This document shows, piece by piece, positions 1-8,636 of a stretch of 54,265 bases of DNA. A program made the translations under genes and the position numbers. Source of the DNA: an uncultured virus (IMG/VR IMGVR_UViG_3300025137_000019) (taxonomy: Duplodnaviria; Heunggongvirae; Uroviricota; Caudoviricetes); IMG/VR virus record IMGVR_UViG_3300025137_000019. One strand, written 5' to 3'. Numbering within the stretch: the stretch's first letter is position 1; the number at the start of each line of letters is the position of its first letter. Under the pieces are notes generated by a model. The model saw only the letters and a list, made by a program, of their open reading frames with translations. It was not told the origin of the DNA and ran no database searches.

Positions 1-1665
1 TTTGATCCAATACGGAATCAAGATGTGGTTGATTATTTATCAAATCCAAGTAAGTACCGTGGAGTTCATGGTGTAAATTTTTGGAGCGGTCCAAGTGTTA
101 CCACTAAAGGTATGGGTTTTTATAGAAGGGATCCTGAAGAGATAGCACTTACTAGTGCTCATGAAGCTGCTCACACTATGCAAAAATTAGATCATACATT
201 TCCTAATTGGAAATACCCTTTTGATTGGAGACAAATACTTCAAGGTGATGATAGTAGTTTGAGCAAAAGATTTAAAGATGCATTAGTTAAACCAGGTAAA
301 GATTGGGGTTCACATAAATCTTGGCTAAGCAGACCTGAAGAACTTCATGCTGACCTTACGATGAATAGATTTAAAGCATTTCAACAGTTAAGAAGATCAA
401 AAGATTGGGCTAATCATACTGATGAAGAAATATTAGATGCTATGAAAGATCCTAACATCAGTGATGAATTAATGGAATTTATTTATAGCGTAGGTGCTAA
501 ACCTAATGTTTTATTAAATAACAGACTTGGTTCGCATTTTAAAAGATCAACACCTCTTAAAGAAAGACTTGATCTATTAAAACTTTTACCAGGATTAGCT
601 ACACCATTTGTACTACCTGGTCTTATGGATGATAATAAACCTAAATTACAAGATGGTGGAGAACTTCCTAAACATAATATAAGAGGTATAGTTAAAACTG
701 GTAAAAACCTTGTAAATGAAGTAGCTATAGGTAATACAATGTTTCCAGGATGGAGATCACCAGTAGGTGCGACATTACACCATAATGAATTATTAAAAAA
801 CTTAGGTAGAAAAGGAACATTTAGCCAGTTTAATAATATATCTCAAACAGATTTAAACCCTTTGACTGAAACACTTTTAACAGATTATGCACAAAACTCT
901 GGCCCGTATAAGATGAGGTCTAGCACTGAAGGTACTATAGGTGATGGTACAGTAAATTGGGCAGAACCTAATCCTTCAGCTCCATGGCAAACACCACAGG
1001 TTTTTGATCCAGAAAGAAAAAAATTATTTCAAGAACAAATACAAGATAAACTTAGAGAAATAAATGTTCCAGAAGAAACTCTTTTTACAAGAGTAGTGGA
1101 TCGTAGAGATCCTAATCTTTTAAATATTGACAATGGTGTAATAAGAGTAGGTGATAATCTTAATTCATTTACAGTAGGTCCTGCTAGTAATATAATTTCA
1201 GGTGGGGCTAATACAGATAGGTTTGTTTTAACTGGTAAAAATTTAAAAGGTTATGAGGATAGTTTTTTAAAAAATACATATCCTACAGTAACTTCAGAAC
1301 ATGCAGAAATAGCAAAAAAGAGTTTATTTCCAATTGTTAATCAAGGATTTAATTCAGGTAGTATTGAAGAGGTTAATAGAATAATGAACCAATTAAAAAA
1401 AGAAAGAGAAGCAATATTTACAGGATCAGATCTTAAGATTAAACATAAAGTTAAAAATGATAGAGGTGGTATTGATTACATAGTACGTCCAGTACCTTTA
1501 GGTTATACAACTCCGCAGTATGAAAGATTACTTAAAAATCCATATCTTTATAAAGGTATGGGTATTGGTGTAGGAGGGTTGATGTTAGGCTCTGATGATG
1601 ATAAAAAGAAAATAGGTGGGGTAATTAAGATAAGAAAGAGTAAACTTAACAAGTTTAAACATTAA
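1..1665 (+). CDS. 5'-truncated modular virion/cargo protein: zincin-like HEAAH domain, xxGG motifs, possible ADP-ribosyltransferase-like domain
   Basis: The frame is open from base 1 (no stop before the GTG at 25), so the gene probably begins upstream of the window. HEAAH at 160-174 with downstream EELHAD; LQDGG at 646-660; C-terminal KKIGG. Confidence 0.6.
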   Translation, partial: FDPIRNQDVVDYLSNPSKYRGVHGVNFWSGPSVTTKGMGFYRRDPEEIALTSAHEAAHTMQKLDHTFPNWKYPFDWRQILQGDDSSLSKRFKDALVKPGKDWGSHKSWLSRPEELHADLTMNRFKAFQQLRRSKDWANHTDEEILDAMKDPNISDELMEFIYSVGAKPNVLLNNRLGSHFKRSTPLKERLDLLKLLPGLATPFVLPGLMDDNKPKLQDGGELPKHNIRGIVKTGKNLVNEVAIGNTMFPGWRSPVGATLHHNELLKNLGRKGTFSQFNNISQTDLNPLTETLLTDYAQNSGPYKMRSSTEGTIGDGTVNWAEPNPSAPWQTPQVFDPERKKLFQEQIQDKLREINVPEETLFTRVVDRRDPNLLNIDNGVIRVGDNLNSFTVGPASNIISGGANTDRFVLTGKNLKGYEDSFLKNTYPTVTSEHAEIAKKSLFPIVNQGFNSGSIEEVNRIMNQLKKEREAIFTGSDLKIKHKVKNDRGGIDYIVRPVPLGYTTPQYERLLKNPYLYKGMGIGVGGLMLGSDDDKKKIGGVIKIRKSKLNKFKH

Positions 1666-1690
1666 ATTTAAATTTAGTATATTAATATAT
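1641..1690 (+). promoter_or_regulatory. Palindrome TAAACTT-AAC-AAGTTTA plus TATATTAA element upstream of the gene at 1705
   Basis: Perfect 7-bp inverted repeat at 1641-1657; TATATTAA at 1678. The same layout recurs at 8573. Confidence 0.5.
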
Positions 1691-1704
1691 ATAATAAAGA
1701 TATT

Positions 1705-4700
1705 ATGGATTACATGAATAGCCAGCAAACTAATCAAGGAATGGAAAGGTTTCAATCATTCATAGCTACACGTTTACAAAGTGATGCTAACCCTAAAGAT
1801 GTATACTATGAACTTATTTCAGCAGGCTTAGGTAAAAAAGATGCAGGTCAACTTTTGTCAGCTACAATTGCTACATTAATTGAACAAGGTTTATTTGATC
1901 CTACATACTTTGATGAAGCAGAAGCATATGTTCCAAAAGAAGAAAGAACAGATGTTGTTAATGAAAGTAATATGGCAAATCAAGCTACTCAAGCTGAGCA
2001 GGAAGAATATACTGCTAGTTATGATGAGGAAAATGATGCTGTTGCAAATCAATTTTTTGGTAGTGATGTAGATAAAGAGGAAACTCAGGGTATGGTTGGT
2101 CAGATGAAAAAGGGTGGTATGCTTGATAGAAGTGATTTACCACAAGAGGTTAGACAACAATATCAAGATAAACAACCTGTATCATTTGATAAAATAGAAA
2201 AATATTATAATCCTGTATCAAATATAGAATTTCCTTCTTTATCAGAATATCTACCTAATTATGATACAGTAAGTTGGGATGACATATCTATGCAACAATC
2301 AGATAAGCCACAGAAAAAAGATGGAGGATCTTCTAAAAAAAGATTTGTAAATAATGTAATGAATCTAGTTAGAGCTAAAGAAGGAATGGAGTCTGAAAAT
2401 CAACAGATTGCTAGCGGAGAAAGACAAGATACATTATTAAATGAGGTAGCTGCTATTAAAAAAGATTTTAAATCTGCATTAAAAGGTTCTGCAGATGAAG
2501 CTTTGTCAAAGTCAGTATATGATAATGCGTTAAAATTAGGAGACCCTAAACTAATACAAATGGTTCAGGGTATGAATGGGGAAGAACAGCAAGAACAACC
2601 TCAACAAGGTATGATGAGAGATGGTGGTCTACCTAAGCATAATCTAAAAGGTATTGTTAAGTCAGGACAACAAGGATCTAATGCCTTAAGTAAGTTTTTT
2701 GGCTTTGGTAGTAAAGGTCAAGGAGCATTAAGTATACCTGGTAATCAATACGCATCTGTATTTAATGATGCTATGGGAGGTAATTTAAATTTAAAAACTG
2801 ATTTTAAAAAATTCTCACCAGATGAAATGGCTAAGCTTTCTCAAATTAGCAAAATAATAAATATGGGTCAAGATGTAAGTCTGGCTAATAATAGATCTGT
2901 AAGAAAAATTTTAGAGAATGAAAAAAGATTTCAAAATGTTTCTGATGATGATTTACAAATACTTTTAGGTGCGGATAGAGATGGGTTAAGAAGAAGAATA
3001 GATGCTGGGTTTGATGTTTTTGGTGATAAAAGAAATCAAATATTACAAAGACAAGAACGTGCACTAACACCTGGGAATATACCAGATTGGAAAGTAGGTT
3101 TTGGTGAAGTTAATAAGAGAAATCTTATGAATGATATGTCAGAGTCAGATGCTATGAAGCTTTTTGAAAGTGATCCATATCTATTACAACAGTATAGAAT
3201 GCTTTATGGAAAACCTGGTAAAACAGATGTTCATCCTATGATGCATATGTTATATAAAGACAACTTTCCTAATGCTAGAGCAATGACTGAAACTCTAAAA
3301 GAAGGTGTAAACTTAGCATATGATCAAGCTCCAGTTGGTAGTATACTTACAGGTGCTACAGATTTAAGTACTGATTCTTATCCAATGACTTATGGTATGA
3401 TGAGAAGATTTGCTAATAATTCTGAAAACTTAGGTTTACATAAAGATCCTTTACTTTATGGTTATGCTCCTGTATCAGATCATGGTTATTTAGATTCTTA
3501 TTATTTTGATAAGAAAAAGGTACAAGAGTTTGATGACATAGGTGATATAAAAAGCCCTATGCCAGGAATGTCATTACTTGAAACTCATCAGCAAATGAGA
3601 AAAGATTTAAATCAAAAGTATAAAAATATGAGTTCTGATTATTTATTTAATCAGGTTAATCAAATTGATGAAAGATATGGTGATTCTTGGTTAGAAAAAT
3701 TTGGTGCATTAAGTAACCCTGCTGATGGTAAAACTTATTTTCCTTTAGTTGGAATGGGTAAAACACAAAAGAAAGGTAAGATACTTGAAGAGGGTGGTAT
3801 GGTAGATAATGAACTATACAAGTTTATATCTGGCGGTGATGATCCAATGTATGCACCAGGTGGTGCTACAGTAGGTTCTTATATGGATGTTGATCCAGGT
3901 GGTCCTTTTGATCCTACTGTATATAATCCAGCAGTAAGTAATCTTATTACACCTATAGATACTCCTGAAGTATTAGCGTCATCTATAGAAGAAGGTGGTC
4001 AAGATGATCCAGTTGAAACTAATCCAGTAAAAAGATTTGTAAGAAATAGTACTATTAATTATGTACCTGGTAATACAATACATGTTACACCATGGCAGGC
4101 ACGTAGAATGATGAAAGGTAAAGACCCATTTAAAAGAAGGGGTGTTCTAGGACAGCTAGGTGATATGCTTATACCTGCCAATATAGGAGCAAGATATAAT
4201 TTTGGAAGTACACAGTACCCTGGGGTTAGAACTACATCTACAGGATATAAGTTTGCACCAGATGCAATGATATCTTTAGATGGTAAAGGTAAGGGTAAGC
4301 GTATGCTTTCAAAAATGAAAAATAAAGCATCTGATGTAATTTCTAATGTATCTGATAATATTTCTGATAGTATGTCTGATCGTGATGAGCTTAGAGATAA
4401 GATTAAAAATATTAATGATAGTGATTATAGTATGAAATCTAAAATGGCCCTTAGACAAGGTGAAAGACAAGCATACCGTATTGATAAGAGAGCTGAAAGA
4501 AATCCAGAAGGAAGAGTTGTAAATAGAACAACTAGAGATAGAAGTGGTGGAGCAGGAGAAAGATTAGCAGATAGACTATTTCCTAATAGAGATCTAGACA
4601 TGAAAACTAGATTACAAATTGCTGGTAGTAAAATAGCTAACTCAGGTTTATCTAAGTTTGTTCCTGGAATGGCAGAGGGTGGTTTACCTATGGCAAACAA

Positions 4701-5361
4701 TGGTTATGAACTTACTCAGGGAGTTAACTCTAATCCAGTTGTATTAGGAGATGACATAGCGGGACAAATTAATTCAGATAAATTTAATCCAGAGCCAGCA
4801 TATGCATTTCCAAGTATGAATGAGATGGATCCAACTTTAACAGTTCCAGATAATAGAACGGAAGATGAAAAGTATATGTCTAGTATACAGGTAGACCCTA
4901 ATCAAGTGCAAGATCCTATGACAAATGAAGATCAGAAAAAAATAGCAGAATTTAAGAAAAACATGGTTAAGACAGGAGAGTTTACAAAAGTAACTGACCC
5001 AACAGCTGGTATGTTACTGGGTACTGCTGCTCTTAAGGGTATTGCGGGTAAAATGACTAATTCACAAAATGTAAATGCTGCTCAAGATGCAGCTGCAAAT
5101 AATCAAATGTATAATTCTATGGGTAGTTCTCCTGTTCAAGTTCAAAAATTCTCAGGTAGAGAAGGAACTAATACTGGACTTATAGGTAGTAGAGAAACAG
5201 GTAGTAATACTAGTAGTTTTAATTCTGTTACAAGTCAGTATGGTGGCTTTATGGAAGAGGGTGGTGTTTCAGAAGAATATGATTATATATCTTTAGATGG
5301 TTTATCAGATGATGAGATTCAACAATATCTAGATATGGGTGGTGTAATAGAGTATCAATAA
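1705..5361 (+). CDS. Large low-complexity putative virion cargo protein with many xxGG motifs (1218 aa)
   Basis: Long ORF rich in M/Q/D/G, with MKKGG, KKDGG, MRDGG, LEEGG, MAEGG, QYGG, MEEGG and DMGG. Lies upstream of the giant ejection-protein cluster. Confidence 0.6.
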   Translation: MDYMNSQQTNQGMERFQSFIATRLQSDANPKDVYYELISAGLGKKDAGQLLSATIATLIEQGLFDPTYFDEAEAYVPKEERTDVVNESNMANQATQAEQEEYTASYDEENDAVANQFFGSDVDKEETQGMVGQMKKGGMLDRSDLPQEVRQQYQDKQPVSFDKIEKYYNPVSNIEFPSLSEYLPNYDTVSWDDISMQQSDKPQKKDGGSSKKRFVNNVMNLVRAKEGMESENQQIASGERQDTLLNEVAAIKKDFKSALKGSADEALSKSVYDNALKLGDPKLIQMVQGMNGEEQQEQPQQGMMRDGGLPKHNLKGIVKSGQQGSNALSKFFGFGSKGQGALSIPGNQYASVFNDAMGGNLNLKTDFKKFSPDEMAKLSQISKIINMGQDVSLANNRSVRKILENEKRFQNVSDDDLQILLGADRDGLRRRIDAGFDVFGDKRNQILQRQERALTPGNIPDWKVGFGEVNKRNLMNDMSESDAMKLFESDPYLLQQYRMLYGKPGKTDVHPMMHMLYKDNFPNARAMTETLKEGVNLAYDQAPVGSILTGATDLSTDSYPMTYGMMRRFANNSENLGLHKDPLLYGYAPVSDHGYLDSYYFDKKKVQEFDDIGDIKSPMPGMSLLETHQQMRKDLNQKYKNMSSDYLFNQVNQIDERYGDSWLEKFGALSNPADGKTYFPLVGMGKTQKKGKILEEGGMVDNELYKFISGGDDPMYAPGGATVGSYMDVDPGGPFDPTVYNPAVSNLITPIDTPEVLASSIEEGGQDDPVETNPVKRFVRNSTINYVPGNTIHVTPWQARRMMKGKDPFKRRGVLGQLGDMLIPANIGARYNFGSTQYPGVRTTSTGYKFAPDAMISLDGKGKGKRMLSKMKNKASDVISNVSDNISDSMSDRDELRDKIKNINDSDYSMKSKMALRQGERQAYRIDKRAERNPEGRVVNRTTRDRSGGAGERLADRLFPNRDLDMKTRLQIAGSKIANSGLSKFVPGMAEGGLPMANNGYELTQGVNSNPVVLGDDIAGQINSDKFNPEPAYAFPSMNEMDPTLTVPDNRTEDEKYMSSIQVDPNQVQDPMTNEDQKKIAEFKKNMVKTGEFTKVTDPTAGMLLGTAALKGIAGKMTNSQNVNAAQDAAANNQMYNSMGSSPVQVQKFSGREGTNTGLIGSRETGSNTSSFNSVTSQYGGFMEEGGVSEEYDYISLDGLSDDEIQQYLDMGGVIEYQ

Positions 5362-5371
5362 AATATTATCA

Positions 5372-8300
5372 ATGAAGGTTAAAAGAAGTAAATACAGAGT
5401 AGAGTTACCAGAAGCAAGAACAGGTATGCAGGTAGATTATGGCTTAGATAATGAGGTATCTACCTTTGGTGGTGGAGACTATCAATCTAGTCTTTCAGAA
5501 TCTAGTTTACAACTAAATAAATATTTGACAGCTGTACCTAGAGCAGAAGCTAATTTAGAAGCGGAGGGTGGTGAAACAGTGTATGGAGATATTAATGGTG
5601 ACGGTATTCCAGAACATAAAATAATAAAGGGCCCTAGACATAGTAATGGTGGTGTTCCTTTAAATTTACCAGAGGATACTTTTATCTTTAGTGATACAAG
5701 AGGGATGAAACTTAAAAATCCTGATCTATTACAAGCATTTGGTAAAAAAGGTAATAAGTCATATACACCAGCAACTCTTGCTAAGCAATATGATTTAGAT
5801 AAGTATAGAAAAGTACTTCAAGATCCTGACTCAGATATAGTAGATAGAAAGACTGCTGAAATGATGATCAGAAATTACAACCTTAAATTAGGAGCTTTAG
5901 CATTAACTCAAGAAGCTAAGAAAGGATTTCCGCAAGGTATCCCAGAAGTAGCTAGGCCATATATGGAAGCTAATGGTATACAAGATTCTGATCTTATGGA
6001 TACCCAACTAAAAGGTTTAAATGACCAAATAGAAAATAGAATTGAGTCTGAAGAAAAACAAATGGAGGAAGGTAATCCTGAGATGGAAATGGGAGATCCT
6101 CAAATGGCTCAAGAAATGAATCAAGGAATGCCAGTGGCCACACCTCAACAAGGTCCTGGTATGTTTACAGGTGGTGGTATGCTTGCTGAGGACGGTATGA
6201 TATATGCTCAAGATGGTCAAGCTATGATGATGCAGCAACCACAGCCACAGCAAATGTCTCAGGGTGAGGATCAGCAAATAATGCAATTGATACAAGCATT
6301 TATTCAAATAACAGAAACCTCTGAACAAGAAGTAATGCAGGCTTTGCAGTCAGCTGGAAGTGAAGAAGAAGTTCAAGCTCTCTTACAACAGATGTCACAG
6401 GTTGTTCAAGAATATATGCAAGCAGAAATGCAAGAAGCACCTATGGCTAAATATGGTATGGCTATGGGGGGTTATGATATGCCTTTTGTTCCAGAGATGC
6501 AAGAAATGGTTATGCAAGATGGCGGTGAATCAGAAGAACTAATGCTTGCTAATAATGGGAAAATTGTAATTAAAAAATCAGATCCTGATTATCAAAGAAA
6601 AGTTTCAGATGCAACAAGAGCTGGTAAACAGGTATTTGTAGTTGGAGATGATGGTAAACAACGTCTAAGAAGTACATCAAGACAAAACATGAAGTATGAT
6701 GAAAGCACTATGAGTGGTTATGGCTTTCCTGATAATGATCAAGGACATGCTGCAGCTGCAACATATTATATGCTTGAAAAACAGTTAGAAGATGATGCTG
6801 TGTCAGATGTATTATATAGTGAATACAGTAATGTTGCTGGAGGTGAAGATTTTTATAGAGTAGGTAAGAAAAGAAAAGATGGAACTTATAAGGTTGGTAA
6901 TGCTTATAATAAGGTAAGTAATAATTTAAAGGCTAGAACTAAGGGTGAGATGAAAGCAGATTTTCTTGACATGCAGAAAAGAAATCTTATGCTTCAAGCA
7001 AGTAATGTTCATCCTTCTTTATTTAGTAATGCTGGTAATGGTGTTCAAAGTTGGGATAAAGTAAAAAATACTATAGGTAGTATGAATATAAAAGACCCTC
7101 AAACAGGAGAACCTATAACAAACAAAGCTGAGTTTGAGGCTGCTACACAATATTTAAATGATGAATATGGTGGAAAAATTTATAATGCTGCAAAAAAACT
7201 TGGTGTAACCTTACCTACTGAAGGAGTTACAAGAGCTTCAGAACAGGCTACGTTTCATGCATATAATAAGATGATTCAGAATGCTGGAAATGGTACTTAT
7301 AATGATGATCAACTATTTGCCATTCGTAATTTTATGGGTGAACAGCAGATTGGTACTGGTGATGAAAATAGCATGGAAGGTTTGTATGGGGATAAAAGTG
7401 TTATGATATCTCCTGTGGATGATTATAAAGATCTAACCTTTGATGCTAATGGTAATTATGTTAGTGGTTCTGTATATGGTAATACAACTGCGGGAGAGTT
7501 AACAGGATTGCAGTCTAATGTAGAGTCTTTTGCAGATTGTCAGTGTGATGATGAAAATGAACCATACTATATGGCACCAAGGGCAGATGGCTCATGTTCT
7601 TGTGATGAAGTAGTAGTTGAAGAAAAAGAATGTATATGTAAAGATGCTGATGGTACAGAAAGAAATGTAGGTACTGATCCAAATACAGGTGAGTGTAATC
7701 CATGTAGAGAAGATGTAACTACTACAAATATTGAGGTAGATGAACCTGCACCTTGGTGGTTACAAGATACAATTAAAACTACTGGTGCTTTTGGAGACTT
7801 GATGGGTGTTAAAAAGTATATGCCATGGGCCCCTAAAGCTGATTTAGATGTTCCTAGACCTACTTACTTAGATCCAACCAGAGAGTTAGCAGCAAATGCT
7901 GAACAAGCTAATATACAAACACAAGCTATTGGTCAATTTGCTGGAGCACAAGCTCAGTCAGCTAGAGCATCTAGTGTACAAGGTACAGCTGCTAAACAAG
8001 CGGCAGATACATTATCTAGAGTTAACAATCAAAATGTTAACATAGCAAATGAGTTTGCAACTAATGCTTCTAATATTAGAAATCAAGAACAGTTACAAAA
8101 TCAAGCAACTGATCAAAGACTATATGATCAAACTACTGTTGCTAATCAACAGTTTGATAATGCTAAACTAGCAATGAGAAATAATCTTAGAAACCAGTTT
8201 ACCAATGCAATTACAAATAGATACCAGACAGATGCATTAAACCAATTGTATCCACAGTATAATGTTGATCCATCAGTAGGTGGTAAGATGACATTTGATC

Positions 8301-8575
8301 CATCTAAAGCTAGACAGATAGATGGAAGAGGGGCAAAACCTACAAAATCATATGGTGAATACATGAAAGAGTGTATTGCAGAAGGTGTACCAGCAGATGA
8401 TAAAGCAAACTTAAAAGCATGTGTTAGTCAAAAGATGGCAAGTGCGGGTCTTTCAAGTAGTACGGTTGATAACTCATCAGCTGCAATGCAACAGTATGCT
8501 GGGCAAAAGCAAAGAGATGGTGGACAAATGGGACCAGGTGTTTATGCAAACATGGTGTTCCCTTTTATTTTATAA
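5372..8575 (+). CDS. Putative virion structural/cargo protein (1067 aa) with Q/M-rich region and Cys-rich insert
   Basis: N-terminal EAEGGETV...GPRHSNGGV segment resembling crAss-like virion proteins (recalled, not searched); xxGG motifs; 8-Cys cluster at 7538-7705; Q/N/A-rich helical C-terminus. Confidence 0.6.
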   Translation: MKVKRSKYRVELPEARTGMQVDYGLDNEVSTFGGGDYQSSLSESSLQLNKYLTAVPRAEANLEAEGGETVYGDINGDGIPEHKIIKGPRHSNGGVPLNLPEDTFIFSDTRGMKLKNPDLLQAFGKKGNKSYTPATLAKQYDLDKYRKVLQDPDSDIVDRKTAEMMIRNYNLKLGALALTQEAKKGFPQGIPEVARPYMEANGIQDSDLMDTQLKGLNDQIENRIESEEKQMEEGNPEMEMGDPQMAQEMNQGMPVATPQQGPGMFTGGGMLAEDGMIYAQDGQAMMMQQPQPQQMSQGEDQQIMQLIQAFIQITETSEQEVMQALQSAGSEEEVQALLQQMSQVVQEYMQAEMQEAPMAKYGMAMGGYDMPFVPEMQEMVMQDGGESEELMLANNGKIVIKKSDPDYQRKVSDATRAGKQVFVVGDDGKQRLRSTSRQNMKYDESTMSGYGFPDNDQGHAAAATYYMLEKQLEDDAVSDVLYSEYSNVAGGEDFYRVGKKRKDGTYKVGNAYNKVSNNLKARTKGEMKADFLDMQKRNLMLQASNVHPSLFSNAGNGVQSWDKVKNTIGSMNIKDPQTGEPITNKAEFEAATQYLNDEYGGKIYNAAKKLGVTLPTEGVTRASEQATFHAYNKMIQNAGNGTYNDDQLFAIRNFMGEQQIGTGDENSMEGLYGDKSVMISPVDDYKDLTFDANGNYVSGSVYGNTTAGELTGLQSNVESFADCQCDDENEPYYMAPRADGSCSCDEVVVEEKECICKDADGTERNVGTDPNTGECNPCREDVTTTNIEVDEPAPWWLQDTIKTTGAFGDLMGVKKYMPWAPKADLDVPRPTYLDPTRELAANAEQANIQTQAIGQFAGAQAQSARASSVQGTAAKQAADTLSRVNNQNVNIANEFATNASNIRNQEQLQNQATDQRLYDQTTVANQQFDNAKLAMRNNLRNQFTNAITNRYQTDALNQLYPQYNVDPSVGGKMTFDPSKARQIDGRGAKPTKSYGEYMKECIAEGVPADDKANLKACVSQKMASAGLSSSTVDNSSAAMQQYAGQKQRDGGQMGPGVYANMVFPFIL

Positions 8576-8620
8576 ACTTATATGGTTTATTAAACTTATA
8601 AAATTTTTATAGATTTACAA
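8573..8620 (+). promoter_or_regulatory. Tandem imperfect TAAACTT-ATA-(A/T)(A/G)(A/G)TTT(A/T) palindromes plus TAGATTTA element upstream of the gene at 8637
   Basis: TAAACTTATATGGTTTA at 8573-8589, TAAACTTATAAAATTTT at 8591-8607, TAGATTTA at 8610-8617. Confidence 0.45.
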
Positions 8621-8636
8621 ATAGAGAAAATTAGTT

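Noticed and set aside
3200..3420. GNAT-like fold for the payload after the second header (GSILTGATDLSTDSYPM)
   Set aside because: Only a vague resemblance; no acetyl-CoA-binding R/QxxGxG motif visible.
6060..6530. Q/M/E-rich stretch as a tandem DNA repeat
   Set aside because: Low-complexity protein sequence without a regular nucleotide repeat unit.
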